DNA of 64,000 nucleotides from the human T2T-CHM13v2.0 reference genome, Homo sapiens. A model generated the notes under the pieces. It saw only the letters and a list, made by a program, of their open reading frames with translations. It was not told the DNA's origin and ran no database searches. This document shows positions 1-64,000 of this stretch, in pieces. Position 1 is the first letter of the stretch, and the number at the start of each line of letters is the position of its first letter. The position numbers were made by a program, and so were the translations under genes. The stretch lies in the NCBI RefSeq assembly GCF_009914755.1, contig NC_060943.1. One strand, given 5' to 3'.

Positions 1-407
1 GTATGTGTGAGTATCCTGGTTTCCCAAGTAACAACAGCTGACTTAACTGCTTTCTCACCAGTACTAGTTATGGTTCAAAACACCTTCCATGGATTTACTC
101 ATTTATTCCTCACAACAGAGGAGTAAATCAAGAGGGAGGTGCTGTTATTAGCCCGTCTTACAGATGAGGGAACTGAGGCACAGAGAGATGAAGCCACCTG
201 CCCCAGGTCACACAGCAAGTAAATAGCAATGCCTGGATTCAAACTAGGGCAGCATCTGACTCTGGACTCGGGTTCTTCACCGCAGCCCTGAACACCCCAG
301 AGAGGTTCAGAGAGCAGAACGTGCCCAAGACGTCACTGCCGTTTGAATCCAGACAGGCTTGCCTCACCACCCAGGCTTTTAACTGCCAGGAAGGGGAGAC
401 GGGTTGG

Positions 408-909
408 TGTGGGATATGATGAGGTTTCTCTTCAAATAACCCGATCAATCTTTTATTCTTTAATTGATAGTACCCCCCACCTTTTTCCCTTCTTCTCCTC
501 TTTTCCTTTTTGCCTTTGTTAAATGCCCAGACACGCCACAATACCAGGCGTTATCAATACCAGCTCACATTCCTTTCCTTATTTAAAAAAAGGACTAACT
601 TTCTAACTCATCACAGACACCCCTTCCCCTTTCCTCTCTGCTTTCTTTTACGTGTCCACCTTATCTAAAAAAAAATCAAATGTTTAGCCAACCGAAATTA
701 GTTTAAATTGTATAACCCGACCCCAGCCAATAAAAAAAAAGTACAAAAACAAGACTTGCGTCAAAAATAAAGGCTCTTGTGCCCCTTTGTTCCAGTGTGC
801 TCTCATGGCAACTAGCCAAAGAGGCACCCCTCTGCGCAAAAGTAAAATTACTAAAAATCCTTTGTTCGAGTGTTCAATTTCCTTAAGATTTTAAACATTA
901 TTCCTGACA
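408..909 (+). mobile_element. ERV1-class solo LTR (LTR15-like) in last HIF3A intron
   Basis: TG...CA termini (tgtgggatatgatgagg ... ttcctgaca), 4-bp TSD ttgg at 404-407 and 910-913, ~500 bp, internal CCAAT/TATA-like/AGTAAA order typical of an LTR; family name from recall. Confidence 0.8.
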
Positions 910-984
910 TTGGGGTTATGGTTGTCCTGTGATTTATCTTTCGTCTTTTACCTTTCATTTATCATTTATCTTTCATCTTTGCAG

Positions 985-1082
985 GCCTGGGCCCCTCACT
1001 GCTCTCTCCGTACTCAGACGAGGACACTACCCAGCCCGGGGGCCCCTTCCAGCCAAGGGCAGGCTCAGCCCAGGCTGACTGA
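985..1082 (+). CDS. HIF3A: HIF3A last coding exon, (G)LGPSLLSPYSDEDTTQPGGPFQPRAGSAQAD*
   Basis: Pyrimidine-rich acceptor tttcatctttgcag|gc; phase-1 translation matches the recognised C-terminus of human HIF-3alpha; TGA at 1080-1082; lies directly upstream of PPP5C as expected. Confidence 0.9.
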
Positions 1083-1789
1083 GCCGGCTCCTCTCCCCAT
1101 CTGCCTTCTCCTCCCCCAGAAAGGACCTCAACCACACTCCACGCCGGCAGCCAACGCACAGGATGGGGGCGCCAGGAGAGGGGCCCCTCTCTCCTCTATG
1201 TACCCCCTGCCCACCTCGGGCCTACCTCAGCCCTCACCCCTCTGCCTGCTCCCAATCTGGGGGCTCTCTGGGGTGGTCTCAGCTCAGTGACCTCTGGGAG
1301 GTGGTCCCTGGCCCCCTCCTCCTTCTCTCAGGATTTCTCTTGGGGTTCTCAATACTTGGTTACCTCATTATCCCTTTCTCTGCCTCTCTTGGCTTTATTT
1401 TGGGGAATCAGGGGTGAGGAGGGTTGGGGGGGTCATATCTGTGTTTCCAGGTTCTGGGGAGAACAATGATCCACGGGTCAACGTGATCACATTTCCTTCT
1501 ATCCTTCTTGTATTATTATTTTTATTTTTGTCAATTTCATGATATGGTTTTTAATCATGATGAATTGCCTGGGGTCTGTAAGAATGTGGGACTCTGATCT
1601 TCCCCCTCTTCAGGTGTCAGTGCGGAGAGGCTCTGGGCCAGACCTCACCCCCAGTGACTTCCGATTGAGGCCAAAGACCCCAAGCTGCCCGCCAGCTCTG
1701 ACTGCCCCTTGCGCTCTGGGCTTCCTGCCGCCCCCAGCTTTGCCTGGACACTGACTTCATTCATGGTCCTCCTACTTCAGGGGCAGCCT

Positions 1790-4300
<2,511 letters not shown>

Positions 4301-4842
4301 TGCTGCTCCTGGACTTCATGCCTCTCCATTCTCATTGCCTACAATCTCTGTGCCCCAGAACCCCCTCCACTTCCCACCCCAGCCCTCCAGACATGCACTT
4401 ACCTTGACTTTACCCCACATGTTTGGGGCACCTGGGGCTCCCTCACCCCTTGGGTGGTTTGCAATCTGAAGACTTCTCCAGCCACACAGGCACATGCACA
4501 GGCACGGTGCTGTCTGCATATTGCCAGGTGGGGAGAGAAGCCAGGACCCCTCAGCTGTCTGCCACCATCTATGTGCCTCCCTTACCCCCCAGCTTTCTTT
4601 CTACAGATGGTGCTACTCTTGGTCTCCCACAGGAAAAGGCCTCCCCCCTTCTTAGCCCCATTTACCCCGTTTGTGGAAGGCACTGCTCGCTCTGTTTTGT
4701 CAGAGAGTGGCCTATCCAGATTGGTGCTATGGGGGGGTCTGACCCCTCCCTCCTCCCTCTGGAGGTGATGTGGGCCCTCAATGGAGGGAATTGTGCTGGG
4801 CTAGGGAAAGGGGAGGGACTAGACTGGCCACACTGGCTCTGA

Positions 4843-5716
<874 letters not shown>

Positions 5717-6331
5717 TGAACCTGTGTTGCAGCAGGTGGGTGGGGTTGTGATTCCTTCTACAAGTGCATATTAGTATCTGGGTGAAGTGATTCTGCCTTA
5801 TGTGTGTTTCTGGTTATTTTGGGTTTCTGTGTTTCTGAGTGTGGAAGGTGCTGTGATTTTTTTTTTTTTTTTGCCTATGTATGTCTGTATGATGTGATTC
5901 TGTGTACATGTGTGGGACTGCTTGATGCTATAATTCTGGGTACCAATGTGTGTGTGACATGATTGCCCATAGTTAAGTGAGCATGTGTGTGCAAGAGTGT
6001 GTGTCCATGGACTCATGTGCAGGTGGGTGTGTCTGTTGTCATGTACGTCACTCTCATAACCCCCCATACAGGGTTGCACATAGGAATCTTTTCAAGGGAA
6101 GAAAAACACTCTCAAGCCTTTGCACTTCCTATTCTTCTGCCTGAAATGCCTCTCTCCCTTCCCCTCTCCCCTCACTTGGTTACCTCCTACTCATATTTCA
6201 CATCTTGGTTTAGGTAACAGCTACTCCAGGAAGCCTTCCCTGCCTGCTCCAATTGGGTAAAGTGCCCCTAAAAGCTCCCCTTGGAAGCCCCCTCCCATCA
6301 CAGCACTAGGCACTCTGCCCAACTCTGAATA

Positions 6332-6638
<307 letters not shown>

Positions 6639-7465
6639 CACTTTGAGTATTTGTGATGGAGTGAATATAAAAGTACTACTCTGTGTCAGGCTCCCTGACA
6701 AATGCTGTACTCATGTTGTCGAACTCTCCTCTAATCCTGTATGATGGGGATAATTATTATCCCCACTTTACAGAGGTTGAAACTGAGGCTTAGAAGAGGG
6801 TGATCACTTGCCCAAGGTCACAGTGTCAGGAAGGATTCCGCTGGACTCGAAACCAGAATTCAAATCCACTATGGCAGCTCCTTTTCCCCCAACCCCAAAA
6901 CAAACAATACGAACAAACAAAAGAAAAATTTACTAACCCACCAAGATGGGCTCTGGCACCTACAGAGGCAGTAGAGTGGCAATGAAGGACATAGGAATTA
7001 GATGGGATTCCTGATCCTGGCTCTGTCACCTTCTTATGTTGTTGTGACCTTCGTCAAACACCTCTGCAAGTCTGTGTCTTTATCTGTAAAATGGAGATGA
7101 TACTAATATCTGCCCTTTAGGGTGATTGTTGGTTGTGCTGGGGGCCAGTAGGAGAGATGGGGTTGGACTAACAAGAGGTTTGGGAGTGGGATAGATAGGT
7201 TTAGGAGTGTGCTTCCAGGAGGGGATCCAGAGCCTTACAGGACTTAGTGCTACATGAGGGCTTAGAAAGGACAGACTGGAAGCGTGTACGGCGGGTGGGG
7301 ATTGGCAAAGGGGTGGAATCTGGATATTAGACTATTCAGCCTGAGGTTAAGACTATTCAGGGTCTCCTAATCAGGAGTTTGGGTTTTCTCCTAAGGGTGC
7401 TGGGGCCATGGAAGCCTGGGAGCGAGAGTGTGCCATGGTTTTATCATGTCTTAGAAAGATCCCTC

Positions 7466-7769
7466 GGCCGGGCACGGTGGCTCACGCCTGTAATCCCAGC
7501 ACTTTGGGAGGCCGAGGCGGGCGGATAGCTTGAGGTCGGCAGTTCGAGGCCAGCCTGGCCAACGTGGTGAAACCCGTTTCTACTAAAATACAAAAATTAG
7601 CCGGGCATGGTGGCGGGCGCCTGTAATCCCAGCTGCTTGGGAGGCTGAGGCAGAAGAATCGCTTGAACCGGGAGGCGGAGGTTGCAGTGAGCCTAGATGG
7701 CGCCACTGCACTCCAGCCTGGGCGACAGAGGGAGACTCCCTCTCAAAAAAAAAAAAAAAAAAAAAAAAA
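7466..7769 (+). mobile_element. Alu (AluS-type) with A tail
   Basis: ggccgggcacggtggctcacgcctgtaatcc...A24. Confidence 0.92.
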
Positions 7770-8542
7770 TGTGAAGGGTAAACTGGAGGGAGGCAGAGTG
7801 CATGCAATCAATGCTGTGATCTCAGACAAGAGAATCTGTAAAAACACAAACAGGAGAGTTTATTTGAAGATTCAGGATTTGGGAAGCTGAACACAGGAAG
7901 AAAGGAGATGGTGCAACACACTTCTAAGCCTTGCTCAGGACTTGAAATCCAGAGTGCCTTCAGTTAAAAACTCAAACACTGACCCTCAAGGTTGTACCCT
8001 TTTTGGCTTGAGAAACCACTAATTTTTCAGAGATGGGTAACTGAGACCCTAGAGAGGAAGGGAAGATTTGTTCAAGGTCACACAGGTAGTCGACAATAGG
8101 GCTCGACGCCCGGGTCCGGCTCCGCGTAGGGCATGGCGCTGCCTTGCAAAACAGCCACACCCGCCAGCGACATTCACAACCCACCCCCCAACCCTAGAGG
8201 ACAGCGGGGAAATCCCACTTTCAGAACCGAGAAACTTTTTACAGCCTTGGAACACGGTAACTTTGGGAGGAGAGGCCACACCAGGTCTGTTTCCCCGCGC
8301 GCCCCTTCTCTCATTCCCTATTGGCTCTCTCTACCAGGGGTACCGTCTGGGGAACCTCTGGTCACCTTGTCCTCCGCGCGCTCTGTGGCGAAAGGGACCT
8401 GCGCAGGCGCGTGAAGGGCGCCTTCAGGGCCCGCGCTTTACGACACTTGTGCGGCAGCGGCGGCGGCCACCCGGCGCTCCTTCGCGACGGTTCGGCCGGG
8501 TGCCGCTGGCGGCCGTTGCCAGGGTAGGGGTCGCTTTGCGGC

Positions 8543-51727
<43,185 letters not shown>

Positions 51728-52196
51728 GGTGACGGGCGGGGCGGCCTGCATCCCAGGGCCCCTCCAATCCCACCGGACCCAGGCCCTGGGCTAGGGGCAG
51801 AGCAGGCCCCGCCCCAGGGCAATGTTGGACCCCCTTTTACTTTGTAAAGTTTGTATTTATTCCCCTTTAGGTTTGCAGAGGGGGTAGGGGCAGAGTCAGG
51901 GGCTGGCCAGAGGGTCTGCTCCCTGGACAGAGAGGAAGGAGGTGGAGCAGCTGGGGCTGGGGGCACAGCCTGGGCATTCTGTGGGGAGGCCGTCCTCGGG
52001 GTGGGGTGGGGCCGAGTGGCTGCCCTGCCCCCCTCATTTGCATGGCTCCTCCCCCACTCAAGCAATAGGGCCCCGCCATAGGAAGACCCCCAGAGAGAGG
52101 GTCAGCAGGGGGGCCCCGCCTGCGCCTCCCCTCCTATAGCCCCATGGTGGGGCTAGGCTGGGGCTCACCCCCCTCCCCAGCTATTTTATGTCTGTA

Positions 52197-52216
52197 ATTA
52201 AATATGTTAAAATAAA
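52197..52216 (+). terminator. PPP5C: PPP5C poly(A) signals ATTAAA (52197-52202) and AATAAA (52211-52216)
   Basis: Canonical hexamers in an AT-rich patch ~480 nt after the stop. Confidence 0.85.
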
Positions 52217-55200
52217 GTCATTATCGGAAGTCAGCTTGTCTCTGGATGGTGGAGCCGAAGGAGCTGCCCGGGTTGGGTTACGCCTGCTCAGGAGATCCGG
52301 AGGGTGGGGAGGCCGCAAAGTCCCGCTGGCCGGGCCCACCCAGCTCTGGGCTGACCGCCCAAGTGGCCTCTGCCTCTGCCCAGCACCGTGGGCTCCTGGG
52401 GAGAGTTCTGCCCCCTGGGTGGGGCGATGAGGCCAGCACTGAGTGGAGCGGAGCGGAAGCTGAGGCATAGCCTCATCCTTTGCTGGCTCCAGCAACAAGC
52501 ATGACAGTGCCGCTCCCTGCTCCCTGCTCAGGGTAGGCCCAGCAGTGGTTCTTGACATCACACGATGAGGCGCGCATCTCCCGTCATCCAGGGAGACCAG
52601 AGGACCCTTGTCTCACTCCCAGTTGGCTCTTAGTCACAGGTAACGTTGGATTCCATTCAGGCTGCCCTGCCAGGCCTTGACCCTCCAGAGAGATTGTGTT
52701 TTCAAGTTTGAGCTCCTCTGGACTCAGCTTTCTCCAGTGGTATGTGGCACTGGGGGATGGTCTACAGCAAATGACTCCTGCAGGGCCGAGTCCGGGAGTG
52801 TTTGGCCCTTTGGAGACCTCCCAGGCAGACATGAGGCGTCCGCGGTCCTGATTGCGCGTAGGCGCTGGGGAGGTGTTCTCTAAGGCCCATCAGCCTTACA
52901 GTAAGTGCATCGCCTTCTGGGGTCAGGTGCGCCACGGTCCAGAAGCCAAGTACACATGGCTTCAGGAAAACAGGCACGAGGCCCAGGTTGCCAGTGCCAT
53001 TCATTTCTCCTGGGAAAGACAAAAACAGCCACCATGACTGTCGGGAGGGTGCTTCAGACCTGATGGGAGTCAGCCAGGCGGGCAGCTGTGAGGCTCTCAG
53101 ACTCACTGGGTGTCGGGGTTCCCTGCCGCTGCAGTTCAGGAGGTCTCCCAGGACCCGGTATGGTCATTATCCTCACAGTGAGGGCCTATTATAGCAAGAA
53201 TATGGGGATGAGAATGAGAGGAGGGAAGAGGCAGGCGCAAGCGTCCCACTGCCCTCTCCCGTGGAGCTGTGTGGACAGCGCTTATTTTCCCCGCATGGAT
53301 GCGACAGCGTGCTGGAGTGTGGCCACCTAGGGAAGCTCACCCGGGCCTCTGCATCCAAGGTTTTCTTCAGGGGTTGGTCATGGGGACTGCTCACCCCGCG
53401 TGGCTGACCGTAGCCTCCAGAGAGACCCACGGCCCCCACCCTAAATCACATCCTTAGCATAGACTGTCCACTGTGGCCCAGGGCCCCAGATAAAGAGACG
53501 CTCCTATGAGGTAGGACACACCGAGGGCTCTCCGGTGACCTCCCAGGAGCCAGCCTTTTCTTCCGTCAGGGCTGCAGCCATGCTGCACAGCTGCATAACA
53601 AACACCCTAACCCCCCCCCCCACCCCCTCAGCTTCAACAACGAATGCCTTGCTGTCTTCCTCAGTTCTGTGATTGGCTGGGCTTGGCCGTGCAGGGCGCA
53701 CCTGAGGGCTGAGGCATTTGTGGTCGGGGGCATTTGGGGCTGGAGGCATCTGAAGACTCGCCCGGCTGGACTCCGTGGGGGCTCACTCCCGTGACGGCAG
53801 TTGCTGTGGGCTGTTAGCTGGGCTGGCACTGGAACGCCTGCGTGTGGCTTCCATGTGGCCTGAGCTTCTCTCACCGTGGCAGCTGGGTCCCTCAAGGGAG
53901 CATTAAATGTTTATATTTAAGTCAACCAACTGCATTCCAGCTGTAGCTCTTGCCTCAGCAATGTCCTGCCACACATTCAATTGTCTCTTTCATTTCCTTC
54001 AATCTGGAACATTTCCTCAGCCCCGCTTTGTCTTTGACATGGACGTTTGTGATGATCACGTTCCTCCCGCTCCCCGTGTCTGAAGAGTGCTCCCTGACTG
54101 GCTGCCGTCTCCTCCCTGTCGGGTCTGGCTGGGTTCTCCAGAGGGAGTGCTGCGGAGGGGACACAGCAGAGGCCCCATGCTCGTGATGTATGTTGCAGAT
54201 CATTTTCCCCCATTCTGTCCTTTTTTGTTAAATTGTGGTAAAAAGCACATAACATAAACTGTACCACCTTAACCATTTGAAAGTATATATCCCAGACTGT
54301 CTTTTATCTTTAGACTTCACTTGTGGTTTGTTGCCACAGTACAGGTTTATTTTTATGAAGCCAAATGTATCAGTATTTCTTTAATTGTGCTGGCGTGGGA
54401 GTCAGTACTTCTCCCTACACCCGGGTTTCAGGGAAGTTCCCTCGGGTTTCTTCTGGTTTTTGTACAGTTTTCTTCTTTATGTCAAGATCTCCAGTCTATT
54501 TGGAGTTCCTTCTTGTATGTGATGTGAGGAATGGATCTAATTTTATCTTTTTCCAAGTGGATATTGGAGGAAGTTTTTAAACGAGAAGAGAAATTCAGAA
54601 GATGCTGCAAGAGATGGGACCTTTACGGCGATCAATGTCTCAGTAAAGTCAGAACAAAGAGACTCAGGCACACCCACCACAAGTACCAAAACTTTGAGCA
54701 GATCAACGCCACAGAGCTGGGCTCGGGAAAACGGAAGGGCCATGGGAGGGAGGGAAAGCATTTAATGGGGGAAGGTCTGGGTAAGCCGATAAGTTTTGGG
54801 GAATCAAGGGGGATAAATACACGTGAGTAGGGCTCTGAAGTTAGAGGCAATGAATTGACCAAAAAGAAACAGTAACTTCCAAAAGGGAGTGTGACGGAGA
54901 GATGCCCATAGACGCAGGTGATGAACATCCAGGGCTGGCCGGGCACGGGGGCTCACGCCTGTGATCCCAGCACTTGGGGAGGCCGAGTCATGTGGATTGC
55001 TTGAGCACAGGAGTCTGCTAAAATAGGGGACACCACTCTAGTTACAGTTTGGATCAGGGTCATCACGCTGGGGACGTGCCAGGCACACGGAGGTGGGGGA
55101 GATGCTGGGGGCTGGGGGCAGGTGTGGACACTAAGCAATGGTGTCAGAGGCTGCTGGGGAGTCTCAGGGTCTGGCAGGAGCAGATGTGGACTCCCAGGAG

Positions 55201-56392
55201 TCATGGACATGAATTAGGGGTCCTAAGAAGCCTCGCCACTGACAAAGGAAGCTGTGAAGGGAAGACCAGAGAACCGGGGGGAGCGGGGGTCTTAGGTGCT
55301 CCCCACCCCATCGACCAGGATGGACCCAGGCATCTGCCCAGCTGGATGGAACAGAGACTCCAAGGCAGGAAGGACCCGAGTTCTGTCTCCCTGTCGTTCT
55401 CTTGGACCCTTTCACGCTGTCTTTCCCCACCCCCATCTGTCAATGGCCATGATTAGATCACAGACCCAAGCTCTGGCCACCAGGGAAGGCAGAAAGATGA
55501 CCTAACCTCCATAGCACCGGGTGGGGCCCCTGCCTCCCACCTGTGGGGGGTGTCAGTTGCTTGGCAGCCAGAGGGACAGAGGCCACCACCCCTCCCCTCC
55601 CGGCCAGCACCACAGATGGAGAAACTGGGCCCATGGTTCCCTCTGCCCACACCCTCCCATGGCTCTCATCTCCGTGGTCCAGCGGATGGGGGGAAACAGG
55701 TTGAGGAATTTGGACACTGGAAAATGGGTGGAAGCAGTTAAAACCTGAGGGGACCAGGAGGGGCAGGGTGGGCACCCATCTCAGATGAGTCGAAGAGCAG
55801 CAGGGTGATTTTCCATGCCCGGCCCCTTGGCTCTGTTCTAAGAGTTTACACGCATTAACATTTCATTCTAACTCAGTGAGTCAGACACTTTTCAGATGCC
55901 CATTTTACAGATAAGCAAGATAAGAAGTACAGAGAGGTTAAGTTACATGCTCAGAGTCACACAGCCAGCAAATGGCAGAACGGGATTTGAGCACCAGCTG
56001 ACTGGCTGCAGAGTCTGTGCCCTGAGCCAGTTTGCAGTAGCATTGAGCACTTTATGTGTCAGGCAGTTTACAGGCACTTTGGGTCCTCGCAACAGCCCCA
56101 TTTTACAGATGAGGAAACTGAGGCACAGAAGCAGCAATATACCTGAGGACACACAACTAGGAAGGAGGATAGAGCATATTCGGTGGGAGATAATAAAACC
56201 TTTGATGCCAAATGCTAAAATAATATTTGGGGAAAAGCTTTTGACCCCTTTTAGCAAACAAAAATTTTATGATGGCAAGAATTTATCCTGCTGGTTAATC
56301 TGATTTTTCCCTTTTTAGTACATGGGTGTTCCCTAACCTTACCCCTGAAGAGAAAACTCACGACTTCCCCCAGAGCTGTGCATTCTCAAAGC

Positions 56393-57160
<768 letters not shown>

Positions 57161-57586
57161 AGTGTTGGGGAAAGAGGGTGCCTTTTTGCCAATCCCCATA
57201 TATTTTTCTAATTTTCTTTGTATGGTATGCAAACATTTCCAATGCTCAAAATTTGGTCTCAGCTACCATTCTAACTATTTGAGGCTTACGCTTCTCTGTT
57301 TCCCCTCCAATCTGGGCCGAAGTCTTCCTGTCAGTGAAACAGGGATGTTTAAAGGAGTTTTTTTGGGGCCCCTTTCCCAGAGCTGTCCTGATGGCCCATT
57401 TGGGGCAGTTTCTCTCTTTTTGGAGCGTGGAGCTGCTCTTAAGGCCCTGCCTGCTGGATTCTCAAATAGCATGGTGGACACTCCCCTCCAGACCTCCTCT
57501 GTGGGCCCAGCCTCCCCTCTCTTAGCCCCTTGGAGTTCCTGCCCCTTTTGGGCCCCAAAGTCCTGTCTCTAACTCAAAGACAGTTA

Positions 57587-57955
<369 letters not shown>

Positions 57956-58135
57956 TTAGGCCATGTAAACACAACTTAATCTAGTTTGACTTCTGAATGT
58001 GAGTGAAACTTAGCTTATTCCCTGTAAATAAATGCTGCTGAGAATCATAAACAAAGCTGAAATCGCCTTCCAAAAGGATGTAAGACAATCACTTTTAACC
58101 GATCCCTTGTCATATGGAAGCCCCCACCATCATAG

Positions 58136-58360
<225 letters not shown>

Positions 58361-58411
58361 TAGTAGAGACAAGGTTTCACTGTGTTAGCCAGGATGGTCT
58401 CGATCTCCTGA

Positions 58412-58663
<252 letters not shown>

Positions 58664-59362
58664 TAGTAGAGATGGGGTTTCACTATGTTGGCTAGGCTAG
58701 TCTCGAACTCCTGACCTCGTGATCTGCCTGGCTCGGCCTCCCAGAGTGCTGGGATTACAGGCGTGAGCCACTGTGCCCGGCTGGTTTTTGCTTTCTAAGC
58801 CATCCTACACCAGCCTGCCTCTGAGTTGCTTACCGCTCAGATTGAAGTCTCCTGGATGACAATTCGTGCTTTTTGCATGACAATAAACTTTTTTTTTCCC
58901 CCCCTAATTGGAGCCTATTTTATTCTGGACATTTTGGGGGAATTAGAAGTGAGGTTCAAAGAAGATCCCAAGGAGCCCTGACTGCAGGGAGTAACCAGGC
59001 ATGGGCACCCACACAGCCAGCTGTGTTCACTACTTTCTTGCTAACCAAGGGGTTTGGGATAAGTCTTTTTCGGATCTGAGCTTCCTTCTCTTCACCTTTG
59101 AGCTCTCCGTTTGTCACACAAAAGGGGCCGATTCTGTTTGTTTCTATTTGTCTGTCTGAGTTTGAGCTCGGGTAAGTCATTCTTTCCTGTTCAATAATGG
59201 AGGAGGATCTGTGTTTCCCTGCATCCTAGAATGGTAACCCCCTGGCTAGACACCCCATAGCTTATTTGGCAGAGTCTCAGAGGAAACGAAGGCCAGGGTG
59301 CATTCAGAACATCCCAGTATTCTCCATCTAGAACTCTACCTGCTTATATGTTTAAGAACTAT

Positions 59363-60020
<658 letters not shown>

Positions 60021-60337
60021 TTATGGATCTCTCTGAGATCCCTGACACTGTATGGGCCTCTTCTTCCACAGATGTGGGCAAAATAAAAAATGCTGAACCT
60101 ATGAAAATTCAGATTAATCTTTCAAAACCACTGTTGAAGTTGTCTCAGTACCCGCTTTACAAAAAGCCATACATGTGCAAACTCCTACAACAGAAGATTT
60201 AATGAAACAGGGGCTATTTCTTGTAATGTTCCTATCCTGTTTTAAAAAATGTACAGATGAGGATGGATATTTGTACAAGATCTCGATCTCCATGGGATCT
60301 TTACTACACCCATAAATAAAACATTTAAAAATGTCCC

Positions 60338-60406
60338 GTATACATATGTAACAAACCTGCACGTTGTGCACATGTACCCTAAAACTTAAAGTATAATTTA
60401 AAAAAA
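60338..60406 (+). mobile_element. Very short 5'-truncated L1PA 3' end
   Basis: gtatacatatgtaacaaacctgcacgttgtgcacatgtaccctaaaacttaaagtataat plus A tail; flanking aaaa(t/a)gtccc duplication. Confidence 0.85.
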
Positions 60407-60442
60407 GTCCCATAGTGCCCAACCCCAACACCCTATTGATGA

Positions 60443-60817
<375 letters not shown>

Positions 60818-61253
60818 TAGTAAGGAAATACGGTTAAGAATGAAGTAAAAAAAAAATTGTTTTCTTTCAATTTATGTGTCTATATATTTTCATTTTTTAT
60901 GTTAATAAAGACAAGGTCTCGCTATGTTGCCCAGGCTGATCTCAAACTCCTTAGCTCTACATATTTTCAAATGGCTACTAACTTCTTAGGACATAAGAGC
61001 TTAGGTTGTTTAGACCTCACCAGATGAGAATGGAACTGTTAGGTATTTCTTTGGGGGCGCTATGGAAAAAATGACTGAATTACTAAGGTCTGGTGCACCA
61101 AGCAAGTCCAGAGCCACCTGCACCAGGGCACAGGGGTTGAGAGCCTGGGCTCTGGAGTCAGAAGACCTAGGTTTGCCACCTCACTTTGCCATCCTTGGGC
61201 ATTGTGCGACCTCTGCGCCTGTAAAACGGGAATAGTTAACAGTTGTGGGATTA

Positions 61254-61504
<251 letters not shown>

Positions 61505-61631
61505 TTATTTATTTAACCAAAATGGACTCATTCTACATATGTATTTCTATCATTTTTTTCCTTATTATTATCTGGACATTTTTTTCTAGGCAGGCCTGTA
61601 AGGATCTTTCTTTCTTTCTCTTGCCTTCCTT

Positions 61632-63680
<2,049 letters not shown>

Positions 63681-63729
63681 GTTGTGTCCATTCCCGAGTC
63701 AAACTTAGACTCCGGACCTCTTTTCCCAG

Positions 63730-63748
63730 CTGCCGCCAGGGGGCGCAA
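63730..63748 (+). promoter_or_regulatory. CTCF-like motif, forward orientation
   Basis: CTGCCGCCAGGGGGCGCAA, close to the CCACCAGGGGGCGC core. Confidence 0.7.
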
Positions 63749-64000
63749 CGTGGCTCATTGTCTCCAAAAAACAGCCGCTGTCAATTCTTCCCTTCCCCGT
63801 ATGCCCCTGGTACCTCCCCCCGTCAAGAGGTGAAGTCTATTTCCCTTCCGCTTGAATCCAGACTAGCCTTATGACTTGGTTTGACCAAGAAGTTGAGTCC
63901 CATCGAATGACTCCTCTTCTCTTCAAATCCTCTTATGGCTTCCTATGTCACTAAAGGTCAAAGCCAGAGTCCTTATAACAGGGTCTGGACCTGTTCAGTG

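Noticed and set aside
1-20. gtatgt / gtatcctg at the window start resembling splice donors
   Set aside because: No upstream exon visible; gtatcctg lacks the U12 TT; cannot be supported
6815-8415. Candidate ERE half-palindrome (6816) and RCGTG HRE cores upstream of PPP5C
   Set aside because: Motifs too short or inside MIR/Alu; cannot single out a functional site from sequence alone

Overview
Human (primate) genomic DNA, recognisable from the encoded proteins as the HIF3A-PPP5C locus. The window holds the last coding exon and long 3' UTR of HIF3A (+), a CpG-island promoter, and the complete 13-exon PPP5C gene (+). The PPP5C exons splice to exactly 1500 nt = 499 aa + stop (TPR domain plus PPP phosphatase domain). 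About 12 kb of repeat-rich intergenic DNA follows. Most other ORFs in the track are Alu-derived or chance GC-rich frames. Notable items: (1) a U12-type (minor spliceosome) intron in the PPP5C catalytic domain; (2) a degenerate ~31-bp tandem array forming much of the HIF3A 3' UTR; (3) an apparently G-to-A hypermutated solo LTR just upstream of the last HIF3A exon; (4) a nested stack of retroelements in PPP5C intron 2, including a two-LTR provirus with TSD, PPT and a tRNA-Ser PBS; (5) a repeated GGCGCTACCAA motif in PPP5C intron 1; (6) oriented CTCF-like sites downstream. I found no convincing evidence of a wholly new multi-gene system. Repeat family names come from memory of consensus sequences, repeat boundaries are approximate, and both need RepeatMasker/Dfam confirmation.
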